DNA of 64,000 bases from a bacterium (lineage in GTDB: Bacteria; Sysuimicrobiota; Sysuimicrobiia; Sysuimicrobiales; Humicultoraceae): the NCBI GenBank assembly GCA_041497675.1, contig JBGQGY010000001.1:13727-77726 (forward strand). Direction: 5' to 3'. Below are positions 1 through 8,878 of the stretch, piece by piece (within the stretch, counting starts at the first letter, position 1; every line of letters begins with the position of its first letter). The notes under the pieces were generated by a model that saw only the letters and a list, made by a program, of their open reading frames with translations, was not told the DNA's origin and ran no database searches. The translations under genes and the position numbers were made by a program.

Positions 1-1
1 C

Positions 2-1036
2 GAGGCGGCGATCAAGGCGATGCACGACGGGTACACGCACTACACGCCGGCGGCGGGCATCCTTGAGGCCCGCCAAGCCGTGGCCGACTACGTGACGCGG
101 ACGCGGCGCATCCCGGTCAAACCCGAGCACGTCATCATCGTCCCGGGCTCGAAGAACGTGCTGCTCTTTGCGATGCTCGCGCTGGTCAACCCCGGTGACG
201 AAGTCGTCTACCCGGATCCGGGGTATCCGATTTACGAGTCGGTTGCCCGGTTCGTCGGCGCCACCCTGCGGCCGATCAGGTTACGCGAGGAGAACGATTT
301 CCGCTTCGACCTCGACGAGTTCCGCTCGCTCATCGGTCCGCGCACGCGGATGGTGGTCCTCAACTCGCCGCACAACCCGTGCGGCTCGATGCTCGATCGC
401 GCCGATATCGAAGCGGTCGCCGCGGCCGTGCTGCCCACCCGCGCCATGGTCCTCAGCGACGAGATCTACGCCCAGATCGCCTACGAGGGCGAACCCTACA
501 GCATCGCGTCGGTCCCAGGCATGCAGGACCGCACGATCATCCTCGATGGGATGTCAAAGACGTATGCGATGACCGGCTGGCGGGTCGGATTTGGGGTCAT
601 GCGGCCCGAGCTGGTCGAGCGTATGGCGCAGTTGATGATCAACTCCAGTTCGTGCGCCGCCGGGTTCTCGCAGATCGCCACGATCGCGGCCTTGAACGGC
701 CCGCAGGGCGCGGTGACCGCCATGATCGCCGAGTTCAAGGCGCGCCGGCAGATCATCATCGACGAGCTCAACCGCATGGACGGCGTGACGTGCCGGTCGC
801 CGCGCGGCGCCTTCTACGCGTTTCCAAACGTGTCGGCCATCGAGCCCGAATCCAAACGGCTGGCCGATTTCCTGCTCGAAGAGGGCGGGGTGGCTTGTCT
901 GGCGGGTACGTCGTTTGGCGCCGGCGGACGCGGATTCCTGCGATTCTCGTACGCGAACAATCAAGAAAATATCCGGGAGGGCATGCGGCGGGTGCGGGGA
1001 GCGCTGCAGCGGTACCGGCCCGCGGTCGCCCGTTGA
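2..1036 (+). CDS. Class I/II PLP-dependent aminotransferase (aspartate/aromatic aminotransferase-like), 5' end truncated by window edge
   Basis: ORF runs off the 5' edge. The translation carries aminotransferase class I motifs (NSPHNPCG, SKTYAMTGWRVG). The stop overlaps the next gene as TTGA. Confidence 0.85.
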   Translation, partial: EAAIKAMHDGYTHYTPAAGILEARQAVADYVTRTRRIPVKPEHVIIVPGSKNVLLFAMLALVNPGDEVVYPDPGYPIYESVARFVGATLRPIRLREENDFRFDLDEFRSLIGPRTRMVVLNSPHNPCGSMLDRADIEAVAAAVLPTRAMVLSDEIYAQIAYEGEPYSIASVPGMQDRTIILDGMSKTYAMTGWRVGFGVMRPELVERMAQLMINSSSCAAGFSQIATIAALNGPQGAVTAMIAEFKARRQIIIDELNRMDGVTCRSPRGAFYAFPNVSAIEPESKRLADFLLEEGGVACLAGTSFGAGGRGFLRFSYANNQENIREGMRRVRGALQRYRPAVAR

Positions 1037-2385
1037 CCGGATCGTCGATCGACGCCTTTTTGGCCGTGCGGCTCGACGATTACATCGCCGAGACCGCGCG
1101 GCTCTGCGCGCACCCGAGCATTTCCGCGCAACGCCTCGGGCTCCCCGAGTGCGCCGAGATGGTCGCCGCCATGCTGGATCGGCGGGGCTTTGCGGTGGAG
1201 CGCGTGCCGACCGGCGGCGCGCCGGTCGTGGTCGGGCGTCTGCAGGGTACTTCAGCGCGGACCCTGCTCTTCTACAACCACTACGACGTCCAGCCCCCGG
1301 AGCCGCTCGATCTGTGGACCTCGCCGCCGTTCGAACCCACCGTGCGCGACGGCGCCCTCTACGGACGTGGAACAAAGGATGACAAGGGCGAATTTGTCGC
1401 GCGTCTGGCCGCGGTCGATGCGGTGCGCGCGGCCAACGGCGGTACACCGCCGTGCGGCGTGCTCTTCGTCGTGGAAGGCGAAGAAGAGATCGGCAGCCCC
1501 CACATCGCGCAGGTCGTACGGGAGCGTCGCGCGATGCTCTCGTGTCACGGCGCGGTCTGGGAGGAAGGTGGTCTCGATGCGACGGGGCGGCCCGTGGTTT
1601 CGTTGGGCCGGCGCGGCGTGTTGTCGATCGAGATGACGGTTGAGACGATGGCGCGCGACGCGCACTCGGGCAGCGCGCACATCCTGCCCAGCGCTGCGTG
1701 GAGGCTGCTGCGGGCGCTCACCACGCTCAAAGGGGCCGACGAGCGGATCCGGATCGACGGATTTTACGACGCGGTCCTGCCGCCGACGCCGCGCGATCTT
1801 GAGCTGTTCGACGCCCTGCCCGACGATGAGCCGCATCTGCGTGCCACCTACGGCGTCAAAGAGTTTGTCGGCGGCATGACGGGCAAGGCGCTCGACCGCG
1901 CGGTCTTCGAGCCCACGTGCAACATCCAGGGGATCACGACCGGATACCAGGGGCCCGGCAACAAAACCGTCATCCCGGCGCGCGCGTCGGCCAAGCTCGA
2001 TCTACGTCTGGTCCCTACCCAGGATCCCGAGGACATCTTTGCCAAGCTCCGACGTCATCTGGACCGGGGCGGGTTTGAGGACGTCCAGGTCGCGTGGCAC
2101 GGGGCGATGTGGCCCTCGAAGCTGTCGCCCGACGATCCGCTGGTGGCGTTGACGGCGCGCACCGCGGCCGACGTGTACGGCGTCCCCAGCCTGTTGCAGC
2201 CGATGGGCGGGGGGAGCAGCCCCGTCTACGCCTTTGCGGGGCCGCTGGGCATTCCGGTGGTGACGGCCGGGGTCGGCTACGCGGACAACCGGACCCACGC
2301 ACCAAACGAGCACGTACGGATTCAGGACTTTCACAACGCCGCCAGACATCTCGGCAGGATCCTGGAGGGCTTCGCGGGACTGTAG
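1033..2385 (+). CDS. M20 family metallopeptidase (dipeptidase / ArgE-DapE-like)
   Basis: M20 signatures present (HPSIS..., HYDVQP, GRGTKDDKG, VEGEEEIGS, HSGSAH). The start is inferred at TTG 1033, overlapping the upstream stop; an alternative ATG at 1158 would remove the conserved N-terminal segment. Confidence 0.8.
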   Translation: MTGSSIDAFLAVRLDDYIAETARLCAHPSISAQRLGLPECAEMVAAMLDRRGFAVERVPTGGAPVVVGRLQGTSARTLLFYNHYDVQPPEPLDLWTSPPFEPTVRDGALYGRGTKDDKGEFVARLAAVDAVRAANGGTPPCGVLFVVEGEEEIGSPHIAQVVRERRAMLSCHGAVWEEGGLDATGRPVVSLGRRGVLSIEMTVETMARDAHSGSAHILPSAAWRLLRALTTLKGADERIRIDGFYDAVLPPTPRDLELFDALPDDEPHLRATYGVKEFVGGMTGKALDRAVFEPTCNIQGITTGYQGPGNKTVIPARASAKLDLRLVPTQDPEDIFAKLRRHLDRGGFEDVQVAWHGAMWPSKLSPDDPLVALTARTAADVYGVPSLLQPMGGGSSPVYAFAGPLGIPVVTAGVGYADNRTHAPNEHVRIQDFHNAARHLGRILEGFAGL

Positions 2386-2414
2386 ACACCGTACGCTGCG
2401 TGTGTCGGGAGGCG

Positions 2415-3125
2415 ATGCGGATGGCGAGAGTCACGATCTGCGTCTTGATCCTGGTGATCCTCGGTGTGATGACCACGGGGGTCTCCTCGCAGCCCGCCGG
2501 TGAAGACCAAGCCATTATGCAGGTCATCGTCGCGAACGCGGAGGGGTTCTACCGGCGAGGGACCGCCTTTCATGTGGGCAACGGCATCTTTTACACGAAC
2601 GTGCACGTGGTGCGGGATCAGGTACCCGAGGGATTTACAGAGTGGTACTTGGCCGGCACGAATGCCACTCGATCCCACGACACGTGGTTGGGGCCCTTCT
2701 CGGTGACCTGCATGCATCCGATGTATCGGGGCAGGTCCGATTCGACACGGGCGTTTCCCTACGATGTCGCCCGCCTCAAGGTCGGTGGCGCAGAAGCCCT
2801 TCCGTCGATAAGATTTTCACCAGGGTTTCCAAGCGTCGGGATGCGGGTTCGGACGAAGGGGTTCCCATCGGCGTCTCGACCCTGGCCCCCCGTGTTGTAC
2901 GCTGCCCAGGGACGCATCGCAGAAATCGACATAACGGAGCAGACGTTCCAGGTCGATATCGAGTCCGGGTTCACCCTCGGCGGGTCAAGCGGTTCTCCGG
3001 TGATCGGTCCAGATGGCACTGTCGTAGGCATCCACTATGCGAGCACGACTCAGGGGAGAAGCTCCGCGGACGTCACGTTTGCGATATCGGTCCAGGCTGT
3101 GCGCTCGGGATGCCCGCTGCCGTAA
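2415..3125 (+). CDS. Secreted trypsin-like (S1) serine protease
   Basis: N-terminal signal peptide (MRMARVTICVLILVILGVMTTGVSS). Catalytic-Ser motif GGSSGSPV and His/Asp contexts (TNVHVV, PYDVARLKV) are present. Confidence 0.75.
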   Translation: MRMARVTICVLILVILGVMTTGVSSQPAGEDQAIMQVIVANAEGFYRRGTAFHVGNGIFYTNVHVVRDQVPEGFTEWYLAGTNATRSHDTWLGPFSVTCMHPMYRGRSDSTRAFPYDVARLKVGGAEALPSIRFSPGFPSVGMRVRTKGFPSASRPWPPVLYAAQGRIAEIDITEQTFQVDIESGFTLGGSSGSPVIGPDGTVVGIHYASTTQGRSSADVTFAISVQAVRSGCPLP

Positions 3126-3132
3126 CACCGGG

Positions 3133-4221
3133 TCACGGGTCCTCGGCCGCCCCGAACACGACTCCGCGCCGGATCGCCACGACCACCGCCCCGCCCTCTT
3201 CGAAGGGGGTAGACGGCGGCGCTTGAACGCGCAGCGCGGCCCCCGCGGCCAGACGCACCTTGTACTCGACCAGATTGCCGAGGAAGTTGCGGACCTCGAT
3301 GTGGGCCGCCAGGCCGGTTCCGGCATCGGCGTCGCCCACGTTGCGCAGTTCCAGGTCCTCCGGCCGTATCGCCAGCAGCACCTCCCCCGTGAGCCCGGCG
3401 GGGTTCTCCGCGCGTACCTCGTATCCGTAGATCGCAAGCCGTGCCGACCCGGGTTCCCGCGTGATGACGCTGGCCGGGAGAAAGTTCATCTGGCCGATGA
3501 AGTCGGCGACAAAGCGCGACGCGGGCCGGCGGTAGATGTCCGCCGGACGGCCGATCTGTACGATACGGCCGGCCGACATGACGGCCACCCGATCGGAGAG
3601 CGCCATGGCCTCGGCCTGGTCGTGCGTGACATAGAGGACGGGGATCCGCATCCGCCGCTGCAGTTCCTTGAGCTCGAAGCGCATCTGCTCCCGCAACTTG
3701 GCGTCGAGGTTCGATAGCGGTTCGTCGAGTAGCAGGACCTCGGGGCGGCCGGCCAGCGCGCGGCCCAACGCGACGCGCTGCTGCTGGCCGCCCGACAACT
3801 GGTGCGGGTAGCGGCCGCCCAGACCGCCAAGGGCCACCAGATCGAGGATCTCGTTCACTCGTGCCGCCGTGGCCTGTCGCGACTGCGCGGCCAGCCGGAG
3901 CGGATAGCCGATGTTTGCGGCGACGGTCATGTGCGGCCATACGGCGTAGTTCTGAAACACCATCCCGAGCCGCCGCTTTTCGGGTGGCACGAAGACGCCG
4001 GCGGCCGGGGCGTTGACGAGCCGCCCGTGGATCGAGACCTCACCGCGCGTCGGGAGCTCCAGCCCCGCGACGCACCGTAACGTGGTAGTCTTGCCGCAGC
4101 CGCTCGGGCCCAGCAAGGTGAAGAACTCATCGTCTCTGATCGAGAACGACACGTCCTGCACCGCGACGGTCTCGTCGAACTGCTTCAAGAGGTTGGAGAC
4201 GTGTACAGCGTCCATCGGCAT
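3133..4221 (-). CDS. ABC transporter ATP-binding protein, PotA/FbpC/MalK type with C-terminal TOBE-like domain
   Basis: Walker A GPSGCGKTT, signature LSGGQQQRVALGRAL and Walker B LLLDEPLSNLD are present. There is no adjacent permease or binding-protein gene. Confidence 0.9.
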   Translation of the reverse strand: MPMDAVHVSNLLKQFDETVAVQDVSFSIRDDEFFTLLGPSGCGKTTTLRCVAGLELPTRGEVSIHGRLVNAPAAGVFVPPEKRRLGMVFQNYAVWPHMTVAANIGYPLRLAAQSRQATAARVNEILDLVALGGLGGRYPHQLSGGQQQRVALGRALAGRPEVLLLDEPLSNLDAKLREQMRFELKELQRRMRIPVLYVTHDQAEAMALSDRVAVMSAGRIVQIGRPADIYRRPASRFVADFIGQMNFLPASVITREPGSARLAIYGYEVRAENPAGLTGEVLLAIRPEDLELRNVGDADAGTGLAAHIEVRNFLGNLVEYKVRLAAGAALRVQAPPSTPFEEGGAVVVAIRRGVVFGAAEDP

Positions 4222-4341
4222 CCCAGGGTGTGAACGTTCCTCGATATTCCGGGGCTCCCCTGCCGCGCGTCTGGGGCCGAGGCAGGATGGGTATGGTCCG
4301 CGCAGAAACTGTGCGCCCGGGAACGGCGACCGGAGGTTGAG

Positions 4342-4767
4342 TTGGGTGCAGGGGCCGCCGTGGCGGCGAGCTTCAGAGTTGTGCGAACACTGTGGCTGGC
4401 TGAGGCTATCGTGGTGGGATTCATCTGGCTGGGCCTCCCCGCACTGCTGGCGCGGCCCGAGGCAGAGGGAGGGCCCGCGGGCGTATTCGCCCGTATCTTC
4501 ATTGCGGTCGCCATCGCGGATCTGGTCTTGGGGTGGTGGATAAGGAACCGGGCCAAGAAGGCTGGTCCTGCGCCCGCAGACGGCGCATCGCCGGCCATCA
4601 TGGGAGCGTCGCTGGTCGCCGTGACGCTCGCCCTGACGCCGGGGATCCTTGCGGCGGCGCTCTACCTAGGCTTTGGCCATGTCGATGGTCATCGCATCCT
4701 CAGCATCATGAGCCTGGCAGGGTTGTGGGTCCTGCAGCCGCGTCTTGACGAATGGACGGTGCCGTGA
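4342..4767 (+). CDS. Hypothetical small membrane protein (about 4 predicted TM segments)
   Basis: Hydrophobic segments lie in the gap between the divergent ABC ATPase and the IDH gene. No homology recognised, so this could be spurious. Confidence 0.35.
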   Translation: MGAGAAVAASFRVVRTLWLAEAIVVGFIWLGLPALLARPEAEGGPAGVFARIFIAVAIADLVLGWWIRNRAKKAGPAPADGASPAIMGASLVAVTLALTPGILAAALYLGFGHVDGHRILSIMSLAGLWVLQPRLDEWTVP

Positions 4768-5849
4768 AGATCGTCCTTCTCGAAGGTGACCAGACCGGGC
4801 AGGAACTGCTCCGGGATGCCATCCGGGTGCTCGACCCCGAGGTGGTGGGTCTGCCGTTTGTGTTTGACCGGTTCGACCTGAGCCTCGACAACCGGCGCCG
4901 CACGAAGAATGCGGTCGTCCGCGAAGCCGCAGACGCGTTGCGGGAAGCGCGCTACGGGATCAAGGCGGCCACCACCACTCCCGAAGGCGCGGGCGACGTG
5001 GGCAGCCCCAATGCGCTGCTCCGTGAATGGATCGATGCGACGGTGATCCTCCGGACGGGACGCCGGATCCCGGGTGTCCGGCCGGTGGCCGGTGTCGTGG
5101 CGCCGATCGCGGTGGTGCGCATGGGCGTGGGTGACGCCTACAACGCCCGCGAGTGGCGGGAAGGCGCCGGCGACGATGAGGTGGCGTACCGCACTACCGC
5201 CGTGACCCGCCGTCACTGCCGGGCCGTGGCGGAGTTTTCGTTCCGGCACGCGCGCCAACTGGGCGCCAAGGTGTTTGGAGGGCCCAAATACACTGTCAGC
5301 CCCGTCTACGAAGGCATGCTCAAGGAAGAAGTGGATGCTGCCGCGGCGCGTCACCCGGAGATAGCCTACGATCCCCAGTTGATCGACGCGGTGTATGCTC
5401 TGCTGTTGCAGTCCACGGGCGAGGCCCTCGTGATCCCCGCCCTGAATCGTGATGGCGATACCCTGAGCGACTTTGTGTTGCAGATGTTCGGCAGCATCGC
5501 GGGGGCTGAGTCGGTGATCCTCAGCGTTGACAAAGAGAACAATCCGAAGGTCGTGCTGGCCGAGGCGCCGCACGGCACCGCCCCCAAGTTGTTCGGTAAG
5601 AACGTCGCCAACCCGATGGCCATGATCCTGGCGTGTGCGGCTGTCACGTCCTACCTGCCGCAGGCGGCCGCGGCCTCCGTGTCGCGTGCCATCTACGAGT
5701 CGACCTTTGAGGCGGTTCAGGGCGGCGTGCGTACGCTGGATCTCGGGGGCGACGCGACGACGACGGAATTCACCGACGAAGTCATCCGCCGGCTCCGTCT
5801 GAAGCTGGACGTCTGGCGCAGCCTCGGCCGGACTAGCCCCACCTCCTGA
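4752..5849 (+). CDS. Isocitrate dehydrogenase (NADP), subfamily II (eukaryote-like) of the isocitrate/isopropylmalate dehydrogenase family
   Basis: Motif matches to type II IDH: EGDQTGQEL (EGDEMT), DLSLDNRRRTKN (DLGIENRDAT), GIKAATTTPE (KCATITPDE), RMGVGDAY, ALNRDGDTLSDFV (NYDGDVQSD), EAPHGTAP (EAAHGTVTRH). Confidence 0.65.
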   Translation: MDGAVKIVLLEGDQTGQELLRDAIRVLDPEVVGLPFVFDRFDLSLDNRRRTKNAVVREAADALREARYGIKAATTTPEGAGDVGSPNALLREWIDATVILRTGRRIPGVRPVAGVVAPIAVVRMGVGDAYNAREWREGAGDDEVAYRTTAVTRRHCRAVAEFSFRHARQLGAKVFGGPKYTVSPVYEGMLKEEVDAAAARHPEIAYDPQLIDAVYALLLQSTGEALVIPALNRDGDTLSDFVLQMFGSIAGAESVILSVDKENNPKVVLAEAPHGTAPKLFGKNVANPMAMILACAAVTSYLPQAAAASVSRAIYESTFEAVQGGVRTLDLGGDATTTEFTDEVIRRLRLKLDVWRSLGRTSPTS

Positions 5850-5906
5850 AGGGCACATCCTGGTTGCATGCCCGGGAACAGCGGGCAGAGGAGGAAGGGG
5901 CCTCAT

Positions 5907-6530
5907 ATGGGTGCCTTCTGGCGGTTCGGGGCGGTCGTAGCGATCGTGACGGTCCTCGCGGCGACGACGGGCACCACCGCGGCGCCCTTGTCGGCGGCGT
6001 ATTTTCCGCTTGGGCAGGGGACGATCTGGACCTACCGCACGAACACGCACGGCGACATCATGATGAAAGTCGGTCCGCTCGCCAAAGTGGGAACGTTCGG
6101 GTGCCGGATCATCGAAACCGTGGTGGGAGGAAACACGACCCAGCGCGAATGCTACGGTGTTGAGGGCGACGGGGTGTACGCGTATGAGCGGAGCTACCCG
6201 GCCGGCACGATGCGGTTGGAGCCCCCACAGCGCGTGCTGGCCATCCCCGTTGCCGTCGGACGGGTCTGGGAGTGGACCGGGCGCATCGGTGACCAGGAGG
6301 TAACCCTCAAATACACTTGGGCGCGTCGCGAGAAGATACAGGTGCCCGCGGGATCCTTCGACGCGATGCAGCTGTACTTCGAGGGGCTGGTCCCGCCCAA
6401 CATCCAGGTCCAGACCTGGCGCTGGTTTGCCGCCGGCGTGGGGATGGTGAAAGAGGACTCGCTCGTCTCGCAGGCCGATCAGCGCATGCGCGTCTACGCC
6501 GAACTGGTGAGCGTCAAGATCGCCAGGTGA
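5907..6530 (+). CDS. Secreted hypothetical protein
   Basis: The ATG follows a purine-rich SD (GAGGAAGGGG). A signal peptide (MGAFWRFGAVVAIVTVLAATTGTTAA) is present. The stop overlaps the next gene as GTGA. Confidence 0.5.
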   Translation: MGAFWRFGAVVAIVTVLAATTGTTAAPLSAAYFPLGQGTIWTYRTNTHGDIMMKVGPLAKVGTFGCRIIETVVGGNTTQRECYGVEGDGVYAYERSYPAGTMRLEPPQRVLAIPVAVGRVWEWTGRIGDQEVTLKYTWARREKIQVPAGSFDAMQLYFEGLVPPNIQVQTWRWFAAGVGMVKEDSLVSQADQRMRVYAELVSVKIAR

Positions 6531-8347
6531 TCGGCCGGCCGGGGACCCGTCGCGCGCCGTTTGCGATCGCCGTTCTGGCGGTACTCGGGTTGGCGCTGGG
6601 CGCCGGCCCGTTGTACGCGAAGAGCTTCAGCTTTCCTCGTGTGGTCATCGAGGCTGCCGTCGGGACCGATGGCAGCCTTCAGATTGTCGAAACCCGGACC
6701 TATCGGTTTAGCGGGGCCTTTTTGTGGGCCAGCTACCGGCTGCCGCTGCCGGAGACCCAACGGATGCACAGCATCGCGGTGGCAGATGATCGCGGCGCCT
6801 ACCGCGAGTCCGGCGACGAGCAACCCGGCACGTTTACCGCGAGTCGGTCGGGCGACACCGTGGAGATCCGCTGGCATTTTCGAGCCTCCGATGAGTCGCG
6901 CGCGTTTGTGATTTCCTACGTGGTCGATGACGTCGTGACCGTGCACAGTGACGTCGCCGAGCTCTACTGGAAGTTCATCGGGACGGGCTGGGAGCAATCG
7001 ACCGACGACGTGCGGGTCACCGTGAGGCTCCCGGGCGCGGTGCCCGCGGATCAGATCAGGGTGTGGGGCCACGGCCCCCTGCAGGGGAACGCCACGCGAG
7101 TCGACGGCGGCGCGGTGTTCGCGCTGCGGGGCCTGCCCCCGAAGACCATGGTTGAGGGGCGCGTGCTGTTTCCGCGGGAGGTCGTCGCGGGCGCGCGCCT
7201 CCGGTCTACCGAGCCCGGTCTCCCCCGCATCCTGAAAGAAGAAGGTGACTGGGCCGATCAGGCCAATCGCCGGCGCGCGTTGATGCGCGCGGCGATGTAT
7301 GGGATGTACGCCCTCCCGGTGCTGGCGATCGCCGGGTGGTTGTGGCTCTACGTGCGGTACGGCCGCGAGCCGGTGCCGGGCCCGCCTGAAGGGTATTATC
7401 GCGAACTCCCCGCGGACTATTCCCCCGCTGAACTCGGGGTGCTGTGGCGGTTTGGATCGGTGCAGCCGGCCGATTTTTCGGCGACGGTGCTCGACCTGGC
7501 GCGCCGGGGGTACCTCGAAGTGAGGACGGGCACCGAGAAGCGACTCCTCTCCCACGATGAGACCTACACGCTCACGCGTACCGCGAAAGAAGATGGGCTG
7601 CGTCCATTCGAGAGGGAGGCGCTCGGCATCTTGTTTGAGGCGTATCACCGGGCGGGGACCCAGATCAAGATCTCGCACTCGCAGGGTCTGCCGGGCGATG
7701 CGAAGTCACGGATGCGGCGGCGATACCCTACGTGGTCGAGCCTGGTCTCAAAGGCCGCGGACGCCTATGGGTTCTTCGATCAGACGAGCATGCGCATGCG
7801 ATGGGCGGCCCTGCTGCTGGGCTTTCTGCTGGCGTTTGGCGGGTGGTGGGCGTTCGTGGGGCTTGGGCTCATCGGCGGCTCAACAGGGCTGGCCGCGGCG
7901 GGTCTCGCGACCATCGGGTCGGGCATTGTGATGGCGGCCGGAAGCGGTGCGGTCCGGCGGCGCTCGCAGCGGGGCGCGGATGACCTGCGCCAGTGGCAGG
8001 GGTTCCGCCGCTTCTTGCTCGACTTCTCCGAGATGCCGCGGGCCGAGTTGCCGGCGCTGACGCTGTGGGAGCAGTACCTGGTGTACGCGGTGCCCCTCGG
8101 GGTGGCGCACCGTGTGATCGACCAGCTGCGAAAGATCTACCCGGCGGCTGAGCTCGAGGCGACACCGGGCCTGCGGATGTGGTCGGGCTCGGGGCCCGGC
8201 GGGGGCAATGCCCTGGGCACGATTGGCGCTTTCACGACCGCGATTGCCGCGGCGACCTCCTCGGCGACGTCGAGCAGCGGCGGCGGGGGCGGTTTTTCGG
8301 GCGGCGGCGGTGGTGGGGGTGGGGGGAGCGGCGGTTCGGCGGGCTAA
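6527..8347 (+). CDS. DUF2207 family membrane protein with Gly-rich C-terminal tail
   Basis: GTG start with a signal peptide, an extracellular domain (YRFSGAFLWASYRLPLP), central TM segments and a C-terminal GGGGGFSGGGGGGGGGSGG tail typical of DUF2207. Confidence 0.65.
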   Translation: MIGRPGTRRAPFAIAVLAVLGLALGAGPLYAKSFSFPRVVIEAAVGTDGSLQIVETRTYRFSGAFLWASYRLPLPETQRMHSIAVADDRGAYRESGDEQPGTFTASRSGDTVEIRWHFRASDESRAFVISYVVDDVVTVHSDVAELYWKFIGTGWEQSTDDVRVTVRLPGAVPADQIRVWGHGPLQGNATRVDGGAVFALRGLPPKTMVEGRVLFPREVVAGARLRSTEPGLPRILKEEGDWADQANRRRALMRAAMYGMYALPVLAIAGWLWLYVRYGREPVPGPPEGYYRELPADYSPAELGVLWRFGSVQPADFSATVLDLARRGYLEVRTGTEKRLLSHDETYTLTRTAKEDGLRPFEREALGILFEAYHRAGTQIKISHSQGLPGDAKSRMRRRYPTWSSLVSKAADAYGFFDQTSMRMRWAALLLGFLLAFGGWWAFVGLGLIGGSTGLAAAGLATIGSGIVMAAGSGAVRRRSQRGADDLRQWQGFRRFLLDFSEMPRAELPALTLWEQYLVYAVPLGVAHRVIDQLRKIYPAAELEATPGLRMWSGSGPGGGNALGTIGAFTTAIAAATSSATSSSGGGGGFSGGGGGGGGGSGGSAG

Positions 8348-8808
8348 CGGCTGCCGCGATGCAGCAAGTGGCGGGCGAGTTCCAGGAGCGCCTGCCGGTC
8401 GCCCGCGGGAAGCCTCCGCGCAATCACCAGCAGTTCGCTGATGACCAGGTCGCCGCGCCCGCCTGCTCCCTCGCCGCGCTTCGAAGCCGCGGTCAACGTC
8501 TGATCACCCGCGAAGAGTGATAGCGGCCGGCTGCGCTTGAGGGGAAGCTGCACGGCCGCCACCGGTTTCATGTCGTCCGGCAGCGGCGCGGACAATTCTT
8601 CAACGTACTGGAGAAACGCGCTGCCCTTCATCCCAAAGGCCCGCGCGACGCGCGCGACAATGTCGCTGGACGGCCGCTTCAGGCCACGTTCGATCTCCGA
8701 GAGGTACGAGTAGGAGATACCCGCGAGTCTCGCCACCTCGTCGCGCGTGAGGTTCTTCGACGCCCGGAGCGTCTCGATGGCGCGCCCGTAGTCAAGCCGT
8801 GGCCGCAT
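8344..8808 (-). CDS. XRE-family helix-turn-helix transcriptional regulator
   Basis: The HTH_3 segment (LTRDEVARLAGISYSYLSEIERGLKRPS) is present. The gene lies immediately downstream of the amidohydrolase on the same strand. Confidence 0.75.
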   Translation of the reverse strand: MRPRLDYGRAIETLRASKNLTRDEVARLAGISYSYLSEIERGLKRPSSDIVARVARAFGMKGSAFLQYVEELSAPLPDDMKPVAAVQLPLKRSRPLSLFAGDQTLTAASKRGEGAGGRGDLVISELLVIARRLPAGDRQALLELARHLLHRGSR

Positions 8809-8878
8809 GCGTCTCCCACCCGCGGTGATGTTCGCGATCGTGTGAGGAGGTTCGCCATCGACGACCGGACGCCTGCGC

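Noticed and set aside
379-2385. 668-aa ORF spanning the aminotransferase 3' half and the whole M20 peptidase
   Set aside because: Its first 218 codons are an out-of-frame read-through across the aminotransferase gene. Only the part from TTG 1033 onward (M20 peptidase) carries homology. Similar 5'-over-extended ORFs were trimmed at 2094, 6317, 8879-10357, 15419, 17507-18796, 18815-20185, 20288-21520, 23261, 24556, 28944, 31059, 35383, 39686, 47566, 48691-49557, 49793, 54166, 55483-55773 and 59875.
8158-8347. GC-rich short repeats (GGCGGCGGx) near 8270-8340 that superficially resemble a repeat array
   Set aside because: They are the in-frame codons of the poly-Gly/Ser C-terminal tail of the DUF2207 protein. 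There are no spacers and no CRISPR-like repeat-spacer periodicity anywhere in the window.
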